Below, piece after piece: positions 1-6,890 of a DNA stretch of 35,445 bases. Positions within the stretch are counted from its first letter, which is position 1. The number at the start of each line of letters is the position of its first letter. The stretch is from Leptolyngbyaceae cyanobacterium. Its GTDB lineage: Bacteria > Cyanobacteriota > Cyanobacteriia > Cyanobacteriales > Aerosakkonemataceae. Location: NCBI GenBank assembly GCA_036703985.1, contig DATNQN010000123.1, positions 126,816 to 162,260 on the forward strand, written 5' to 3'. The notes under the pieces were generated by a model. It searched no databases. It was not told the DNA's origin and saw nothing but the letters and a program-made list of their open reading frames with translations. The position numbers were made by a program, and so were the translations under genes.

Positions 1-58
1 TAACACTAACGCACCCTACACATAATATTTCTAACTCATTAAATTTATTAAAAAAATC

Positions 59-1654
59 GTGCAACGCCAATCTTATCAACGAATTACTCGCCGCAAATTT
101 ATTTTAAATTCAGCACTCACAAGTGGTGGAATTATTGCCGCTAACTTATTATCAAAAAAGGGATTAGCGCAAGCGCCGGGAATCGTCGTACCGGAAAAGA
201 TGCGACCCCAAACACCATACGGTGTAGCAACTGGCGACATCAACGGTAACAGCGCGGTAATTTGGAGTCGTTGCGATCGCCCTGCCAAAATGATTGTAGA
301 ATATTCCACCAGCGAGAATTTCCGCAACCTACAGCAAGTCGTTGGCGGCGAAGCTTCCCTCAATAGTGACTTTACAGCGCGAACTTATCTTTCCAACTTA
401 CCGCCCAATCAACAAATATTTTATCGGGTAATTTTTCAGGATCTTAGCGATCTAAATATGTACGGTTTTCCGGCAACGGGGACTTTCCGCACTCCACCAG
501 AAAACGATCGCGATATTTTATTTGCTTGGTCGGGTTGCTCGATGGGTCAAGGTTGGGGTATAAATCCAGACCGGGGGGGTCTAACTATATATGAAACGAT
601 GAGAAAGTTAGACCCAGATTTTTTCATTCACTGCGGCGATAACGTTTATGCTGACGATCCGATTTTGCCAGAAATAAAATTAGCAGATGGTAGCATCTGG
701 CGAAATATTACCACTCCCGCCAAGTCAAAAGTTGCGGAAACTTTAGCCGAGTTTCGCGGTAACTACATCTATAACTTATTAGATCGAAATATTCTGAATT
801 TCAACGCACAAGTGCCGTTGTTAGTGCAGTGGGATGACCACGAAACTAAAAATAATTGGTATCCAGGGAAAATTTTAACCGACGACGATCGCTATCAATT
901 AGTGAAAAGTTGCGATACCCTGGCAGCTAGGGCAAAACAGGCATTTTTGGAATATATGCCAATTCGCTTAAACGAAAACGATTCCCAACGAATTTATCGA
1001 TCGTTTAAATATGGCCCTAAATTGGACATTTTCATGCTGGATTTACGCACTTATCGAGGGCCAAACACAGCTAATCGCGATCGCGCAGCTAGTGACAAAA
1101 GCGCGATGATGGGAAGAGAACAACTGCGGTGGTTAAAAACTCAGTTGCTTCTTTCTAAAGCAACTTGGAAAGTGATTTCTAGCGATATGCCAATTGGTAT
1201 TATCGTGCGTGATGGAGAAAAAGCATTTGAAAGCTTCGCCAATGGTGATGGCCCACCTTTAGGAAGAGAATTAGAAATAGCCGATCTGCTGAGTTTTATC
1301 AAGGAAAATAACATTAAAAACGTAGTCTGGCTAACCTCAGATTTGCATTATGCCGTAGCTACTTATTACGACCCAGGAAAAGCCAAGTTTACTGATTTTA
1401 AACCATTTTGGGAGTTTGCGGCTGGCCCGTTGCACGGCGGCGGTTATGGGCCGCAACCGATCGACAACACTTTTGGCCCCGAAGTCAAATATCAAAGCGC
1501 GACTCCCGGTATGAAACAAAACTTACCCCTTACGGAAGGTATGCTGTTTTTCGGCACAGTTAGAATTAACGGCAACACGGAGGTAATGACGGTTTCTCTG
1601 ATTAATATGGAAGGTAGAACTGTTTACGACTTGGAGTTACCTCCAGAACTTTAG
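59..1654 (+). CDS. phoD: PhoD-like alkaline phosphatase/phosphodiesterase with twin-arginine (Tat) signal peptide
   Basis: N-terminus RRKFILNSALTSGGIIAANLL is a Tat-type signal. Metallophosphatase motifs are present (HCGDNVYADD, WDDHE). Length of 531 aa is typical for PhoD. Confidence 0.85.
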   Translation: MQRQSYQRITRRKFILNSALTSGGIIAANLLSKKGLAQAPGIVVPEKMRPQTPYGVATGDINGNSAVIWSRCDRPAKMIVEYSTSENFRNLQQVVGGEASLNSDFTARTYLSNLPPNQQIFYRVIFQDLSDLNMYGFPATGTFRTPPENDRDILFAWSGCSMGQGWGINPDRGGLTIYETMRKLDPDFFIHCGDNVYADDPILPEIKLADGSIWRNITTPAKSKVAETLAEFRGNYIYNLLDRNILNFNAQVPLLVQWDDHETKNNWYPGKILTDDDRYQLVKSCDTLAARAKQAFLEYMPIRLNENDSQRIYRSFKYGPKLDIFMLDLRTYRGPNTANRDRAASDKSAMMGREQLRWLKTQLLLSKATWKVISSDMPIGIIVRDGEKAFESFANGDGPPLGRELEIADLLSFIKENNIKNVVWLTSDLHYAVATYYDPGKAKFTDFKPFWEFAAGPLHGGGYGPQPIDNTFGPEVKYQSATPGMKQNLPLTEGMLFFGTVRINGNTEVMTVSLINMEGRTVYDLELPPEL

Positions 1655-1865
1655 TTATTACTTTTACTCTTTTTTAAGGATTGTTTCATTACATAAAGAG
1701 CAGACGCTTCTACTTTTCTAAAGTTTAAATATCATTTTAACGTTACATTTCATTAGGTTACTTTTTCTATCATTTTTGAGGGTTGATGAGTTAATATATT
1801 CCCAAAGGTAGAACATGGAAGATAGAATCAATAGTTTAGTATGAATAATTAGGCGGTGCAAGATA

Positions 1866-2090
1866 ATGTTTACCTCTACAGTGCGCTATTCCATAGACGT
1901 TATAAAAGATGAAGCTCGCCAACTAGTAGAAAAAGGTCTGGTTAGTCGGCAACAGCCCATTTATATTCTTTGTCAGTACATTCGTCCGGGGGAATGGCAG
2001 TGTGTTGAGTGTGAATTAGAAAGTTGTGGATATTTGCTCAGAGATCGAATTTGCGATTTAGTGCCTTGTGAAATATGGAATGAAGATTAA
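1866..2090 (+). CDS. hypothetical small Cys-rich protein (74 aa, 6 Cys incl. CVEC)
   Basis: ORF only. It lies in an otherwise gene-free AT-rich stretch and I recognise no similarity. A weak purine-rich stretch lies upstream. Confidence 0.25.
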   Translation: MFTSTVRYSIDVIKDEARQLVEKGLVSRQQPIYILCQYIRPGEWQCVECELESCGYLLRDRICDLVPCEIWNED

Positions 2091-2215
2091 AAGTTTTTTT
2101 GGGACTGGGGGAGCATCAAAATATCAAAAAATCATCAACAATCGGCTTTTGGTTGATTAATTTAATTTCTCAAAATCAAGAGGAATTTACTAACCAGTTT
2201 CTCTTGCTCGTGCCT

Positions 2216-2270
2216 ACCTCCTAAATTAGGGTGCGCTCCGATCGGTCATCCTCTAATTTGGGAGGTAATA
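2216..2270. other. 14-bp stem hairpin (ACCTCCTAAATTAG / CTAATTTGGGAGGT) in the long leader upstream of the TpsA-like gene; an SD-like GGGAGG is paired with CCUCC
   Basis: Inverted repeat read directly from the sequence, with one G-U pair. It is followed by two short hairpins at 2300-2350 (GCGGTTGAAACCGC and AGTCCGCCTACGCGGACT). Confidence 0.4.
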
Positions 2271-2380
2271 CCAAATTCGGGTTAGCTACCCCTCTCTATA
2301 CTTGGCGGTTGAAACCGCGACTATACAAACAAAGTCCGCCTACGCGGACTAAAGAATAAAAGGGGTGACTTTCATCTAGA

Positions 2381-2528
2381 TAACGCAAGTTGCTAGTTAC
2401 AAATATTGACCTTTAGATACCCCTTGCATCCCCCTTAATAGGGGGACGCGAGAAGGCAGTCCCCCCCTTATTAAGGTGGGTTAGGGGGGATCTAAAGCGG
2501 CTAAATTCATAACTGGCAACTTGCGTTA
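2381..2528. mobile_element. MITE-like element (~148 bp) with 19-bp TIR TAACGCAAGTTGC(T/C)AGTTA, flanked by TA on both sides, internal GC-rich mini-palindromes (CCCCTTAATAGGGGG)
   Basis: The terminal inverted repeats 2381-2399 and 2510-2528 match 18 of 19 positions. A TA dinucleotide on each side is consistent with TA target duplication. There is no coding capacity. A second, more diverged copy lies at 10931-11068. Confidence 0.6.
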
Positions 2529-2794
2529 GATAGTTAAGCCATATTTTGCGATCGTTTGCCAGATAATTTAAGTTTAGTCACTATCAAATCAGCAAAATAA
2601 AGTATAATTGAAAACCAGAAACGAGTGACTTCTTTCTCATCTTTAACTCAAACACTGTAGAAATGCTTCGATCGAATCTCTCTATGCCAACGGAAAACCG
2701 CAAAATTAAGTTGTAGGAATATTAGCGGTCAAAAAGGCCAAAGTAAAACACCGCTCGATCGAACAACATCAGGGAAAAGGTAGAAGGAAAGCAT

Positions 2795-5700
2795 ATGAAA
2801 CACTGGTGCTACTTCGTCAAGAAAAGGAACGCACTAATCTTTCAGCAGAAATTTAAAAAAAGTGCGATCGCTATTATTCTGGTGGGAAATGGATCGATCG
2901 CAATTCCGAGTCATCCCGCTTTCGCTCAAATCGTCCCCGATACCACTTTAGGTAACGAAAATTCGACAGTTACGCCCATTGATTCCACATTCGATCGCAT
3001 TGACGGCGGCGCAACTAGAGGAATTAACTTATTTCATAGCTTTCAAGAGTTTAACATTGACGAAGGACGAGGAGTTTATTTCACAAATCCCGCAGGCATT
3101 CAAAACATTTTCAGTCGGGTAACGGGAACAAATCTTTCCCAAATTTTAGGAACTCTCGGCGTTACTGGCGGTAATGCCAGCTTATTTTTAATTAACCCAA
3201 ATGGCATCATTTTCGGGCAGAATGCTCGTTTGGATGTGGCAGGTTCATTTGTGGGAACAACCGCTCATGCAGTTCAATTCGGGCAACAAGGTTTTTTTAG
3301 TGCTGCTGCGCCAAACGTTCCGCAAATCCTTACAGTCAATCCTTCTGCTTTTCTATTCAATCAAATTACTGGCCCGATCGTCAATCAATCCACCGCCGAT
3401 GAAACGGGAATGCAAGTTCCGGCGGGTGCAAGTTTAATGCTAGTTGGTGGTGACATCACCTTAGACGGCGGTATCCTCCAAGCACCGGGAGGACGCATAG
3501 AATTAGGCGGTTTAGCAGACAAAGGAAGCATTCAAATTAACTGGGAAGCAAATAATCTCAATTTAACTTTTCCCACCGATGTAAAACGTGCAAATGTCTC
3601 CTTAGAAAATAACGCTCGCGTCGATGTCAGTGCTGACGGTGGTGGAAATATTGCTATTAATGTTGATAATTTGAATGTAACGGGAAAAAGTCAAATCCGG
3701 GCAGGGATAGCATCACAATTAGGTACAGTTGATGCTCAAGCGGGAAATATTGATATTAATGCTACTGGAACGCTTAGTTTAACTGATGCTAGCTTGATTT
3801 CTAATGCCGTGCAATCGGAAGCGATCGGTAAAGGAGGAAACGTTAACATTACCGTAGGAGCGCTTTCTGTTACCGAGCAAGCAGAACTGCAAACTCTCAC
3901 TCAAGGACAGGGAGATGCAGGCAATATTATGATTAAAGCTAACGATAACGTTAACTTTAATCAAAGTTTTGTTTTCAGTGGAATAACCGAAGAAGCTATC
4001 GGTAATGCGGGAAATATTGAGATTGATACTAGTTCCCTTTCTATTAGTAATGGCGCACAACTACAATCCTTAACTAGAGGAGAGGGAAATGCAGGAAATA
4101 TTGCTATTCGAGTAGAAGATGCAGTTACTTTAGATGGAATGGTAGAAGATACTGCTCCCAGCGGAATCACTAGTTTGGTGGAATTGGGAGCATTTGGTAA
4201 AGGCGGTGATATTACTATTCAAGGACGATCGATTTTCGTAACGAATGGCGCTCAATTAGGTACTAGCACTTTCGGACAAGGTGATGCCGGAAAAATCAAC
4301 ATTCAAGCCACAGAAAAAGTAGTATTTGATGGGGGATTAAGTAACACTTTTGCCACTGCTATTTTTAGTAACGTAACAGAGGGAGCAGTTGGTAATGCAG
4401 GGGGTATTAATATCACTGCCGGATCGTTATTTGTTAATAATAGTGCTTTTGTGGATTCTAGCACTTTTGGCGAAGGAAATGGAGGTGATTTATCCATTCA
4501 AACCAATGATGATATATCTGTGGTGGCAGGAAGCATTCAAGCTACAGTAGGAGAGCGTGCGATTGGTAATGCTGGTAATATTAATATTCAGGGCCGATCG
4601 CTTTTTGTCAGTGATGGCGGTTTATTAATCACTCGCACGAATGGAGAAGGAAATGCTGGCAATATAAATGTGAATGTAACCGATATTGCCATTATTACGG
4701 GAGTGCCAAAAAATGAAGATCCTTCGATAATTCAAACATTAGCTAGTGGAATTTATAGCAATACAGAGTTTGGTGCGATCGGTGATGGCGGTAACATTCA
4801 CATCCAAGCTGGAACGCTAAATGTTACCGATGGCGCTCAAATTAATGCCAGTACAATTAGCACTGGCAAAGCAGGAAATATTAATATAGTGGTGGGAAAT
4901 GCCCTAACAATTGCAGGAGAAAATGACTTTCCCAGCCGCAGTCAAATTACCAGTCGAGTCGGTGGATTTAGTTCTAATAATACGGTGCTATTTGCGGAAG
5001 GAGATGGAGGCGATATTACCATCAAAGCGGGATCGTTAGCATTACTTGACGGCGCAACTATAGATACAATTACCTTTGGCTTGGGAGATGCCGGCAATAT
5101 CGCTTTTGATGTACGAGATGACTTTACTTTGGCAGAGAGTGCGATCAATAGCCGTGTAGCATTTGGTGCAGAAGGTAAAGGCGGTAACATCAGCGTGCAA
5201 GCAGAATCGCTTTCCGTGAAGGAAGGAGCGGAGATCACGGGTAGCTCTTTTGGCAACGGAAATGCTGGCAATATAGATATTTCAGTTCGCGATCGCATTT
5301 CTTTAACAGGGGTAGATGATGAGTATGCCAGCCAAATTACTACGGAGGTTGGTGGTGCTAGTACTGGTAAAGCCGGATACATTCAGCTAAAAGCGCGATC
5401 GCTAGAAATTACAGATGGTGCGCTACTATCTTCTCGCACCTTTGCAGAAGGAGATGCTGGCAATATTTCCATTGAAGCAACTGACTCGGTTACTATTTCT
5501 GGAACAGCACAACCAACCTCCCCTGATTCGCTCATCAAAGGCATATCAAGCGGCATATTTACTAGTAGTGAAGGGCCGATTGAATTTAGCGGAATTGGCG
5601 GTGAAATTACCCTCACCACTGGCACTTTGCAAGTAACCAAAGGAGCAGTTTTAAGTGCTACCACATTAAGCGGATCTCCGGGCGGAAATATTGTAGTTAA

Positions 5701-6802
5701 TGCCAATCGTTTAGAATTATCCGATGGAGGACAATTACTCACCACAACTTTTAGCGATGGCAATGCTGGAAATATCACTGTTAAGGCAAATGAAAATATA
5801 ATTATTTCAGGAAGCGATCCTACATTTACCGATCGATTAGCCCAACTACAAAATGTGCAAAATGAAGCCTCATCTGAGGGTTTTGAATCGATCAATTTAA
5901 TCGGTCAAAGTCCCGCCAGTGGATTATTTGCTAATACCGGAAAAGATTCCACAGGTACGGGGGGAAACTTGACAATTTTTGCTAACCAGTTGACTATTGC
6001 AAATGAAGCCGCAGCCGCAGTCACCAGCCAAGGAACCGGAGGTGCAGGTACGTTAAAAATAACCGCTCCTATCTTGCAATTAAGCAATAGTAATTTAACT
6101 GCCGACACTCAAGAAAAAGGGCAAGGAAATATTGAATTAAACGCACAAAATATCCTACTGCGTCGCAACAGTTTAATTAGTACCAACGCAGGAAACACCA
6201 CAGGCGGTAATATTGCGATCGATACGCAATTATTAACCGCCCTAGAAAATAGCGATATTACAGCCAATGCAGTAGCAGGTTTTGGCGGTAGAGTTAACAT
6301 CACCGCCCAAGGGGTTATTGGCAGTCAGTTTCGCGCACAACAAACCCCAAACAGTGACATCACCGCCACATCTGAATTAGGTTCGCAATTTAGCGGCATT
6401 GTAGAAATTAATACCCCCGAAGTTGACCCCAGCGCGGGATTAATAGAATTGCCAGAAAATGTATTGGATATTAACCGATTAGTTGCCCAAAGTTGCCCAG
6501 CCAATCCTAACGAACAAGGTAGCGAATTTTTCATTACCGGACGCGCTGGTTTACCCCCCAATCCCAATGAAGCCCTCAGCGATGAAGCGACTTGGATAGA
6601 TTTAAGACCAACTAATAAAGCTTCAAATAATCAAACTCAAACACCAATAAGCGATCGTCAATTCTCTCCTCATACTACCAAAATAGTCGAAGCTACAGGT
6701 TGGGCGATCGCACCCGATGGTAAGCTAATCTTAATCGCCAATTCACTTAATCCCACACCCCATTCCCCAACATTCACCCCCCCTTCCTGCCAAAACAAGT
6801 AA
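2795..6802 (+). CDS. TpsA-like large exoprotein: N-terminal two-partner-secretion (haemagglutination activity) domain followed by long beta-helical G-x-G-N-A-G-N-I repeat region and a non-repetitive C-terminal ~250 aa
   Basis: The TPS-domain hallmarks include NPNGI (LINPNGIIFG, nt ~3194-3205) and the FSRVTG...LGTLGVTGGNASLFL context. About 25 degenerate repeats of G(E/Q)G(D/N)AGNIxI follow. The extended N-terminal signal region is typical of TpsA proteins. Confidence 0.85.
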   Translation: MKHWCYFVKKRNALIFQQKFKKSAIAIILVGNGSIAIPSHPAFAQIVPDTTLGNENSTVTPIDSTFDRIDGGATRGINLFHSFQEFNIDEGRGVYFTNPAGIQNIFSRVTGTNLSQILGTLGVTGGNASLFLINPNGIIFGQNARLDVAGSFVGTTAHAVQFGQQGFFSAAAPNVPQILTVNPSAFLFNQITGPIVNQSTADETGMQVPAGASLMLVGGDITLDGGILQAPGGRIELGGLADKGSIQINWEANNLNLTFPTDVKRANVSLENNARVDVSADGGGNIAINVDNLNVTGKSQIRAGIASQLGTVDAQAGNIDINATGTLSLTDASLISNAVQSEAIGKGGNVNITVGALSVTEQAELQTLTQGQGDAGNIMIKANDNVNFNQSFVFSGITEEAIGNAGNIEIDTSSLSISNGAQLQSLTRGEGNAGNIAIRVEDAVTLDGMVEDTAPSGITSLVELGAFGKGGDITIQGRSIFVTNGAQLGTSTFGQGDAGKINIQATEKVVFDGGLSNTFATAIFSNVTEGAVGNAGGINITAGSLFVNNSAFVDSSTFGEGNGGDLSIQTNDDISVVAGSIQATVGERAIGNAGNINIQGRSLFVSDGGLLITRTNGEGNAGNINVNVTDIAIITGVPKNEDPSIIQTLASGIYSNTEFGAIGDGGNIHIQAGTLNVTDGAQINASTISTGKAGNINIVVGNALTIAGENDFPSRSQITSRVGGFSSNNTVLFAEGDGGDITIKAGSLALLDGATIDTITFGLGDAGNIAFDVRDDFTLAESAINSRVAFGAEGKGGNISVQAESLSVKEGAEITGSSFGNGNAGNIDISVRDRISLTGVDDEYASQITTEVGGASTGKAGYIQLKARSLEITDGALLSSRTFAEGDAGNISIEATDSVTISGTAQPTSPDSLIKGISSGIFTSSEGPIEFSGIGGEITLTTGTLQVTKGAVLSATTLSGSPGGNIVVNANRLELSDGGQLLTTTFSDGNAGNITVKANENIIISGSDPTFTDRLAQLQNVQNEASSEGFESINLIGQSPASGLFANTGKDSTGTGGNLTIFANQLTIANEAAAAVTSQGTGGAGTLKITAPILQLSNSNLTADTQEKGQGNIELNAQNILLRRNSLISTNAGNTTGGNIAIDTQLLTALENSDITANAVAGFGGRVNITAQGVIGSQFRAQQTPNSDITATSELGSQFSGIVEINTPEVDPSAGLIELPENVLDINRLVAQSCPANPNEQGSEFFITGRAGLPPNPNEALSDEATWIDLRPTNKASNNQTQTPISDRQFSPHTTKIVEATGWAIAPDGKLILIANSLNPTPHSPTFTPPSCQNK

Positions 6803-6818
6803 AAACTTAATTAAGTAG

Positions 6819-6846
6819 GGTGCGTTAGCTTAAGCGTAACGCACCA
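6819..6846. terminator. stem-loop GGTGCGTTA-gcttaagcg-TAACGCACC directly 3' of the TpsA-like gene and of the convergent FGGY kinase gene
   Basis: A 9-bp perfect stem read from the sequence. It lies between convergent genes and has no clear U-tract. The motif TAGGGTGCGTTAG also occurs in reverse complement at window positions 1-23. Confidence 0.4.
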
Positions 6847-6864
6847 TATCCAAACTACCTGTTC

Positions 6865-6890
6865 GTAGTGAGGACTTTAGTCCTCACTAC
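6865..6890. repeat. 26-bp perfect palindromic SDR GTAGTGAGGACTTTAGTCCTCACTAC; contains the stop codon and last codons (..VCSED*) of the FGGY kinase gene
   Basis: Palindrome read directly from the sequence. The same unit recurs at 7714-7767, 16477-16557 and 23341-23366. Confidence 0.85.

Noticed and set aside
3201-6567. Multiple 60-170-aa ORFs inside and antisense to the TpsA-like gene; similar antisense ORFs inside gyrA (14034-16507) and other large genes
   Set aside because: They are embedded in strongly supported long CDSs, have repeat-driven low-complexity translations and show no independent signals.
2795-6802. Cognate TpsB transporter or a CHAT-domain partner next to the TpsA-like gene
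   Set aside because: Neither flanking gene (phoD, FGGY kinase) has Omp85/POTRA or CHAT features, so the TpsA-like gene is reported as an orphan within this window.
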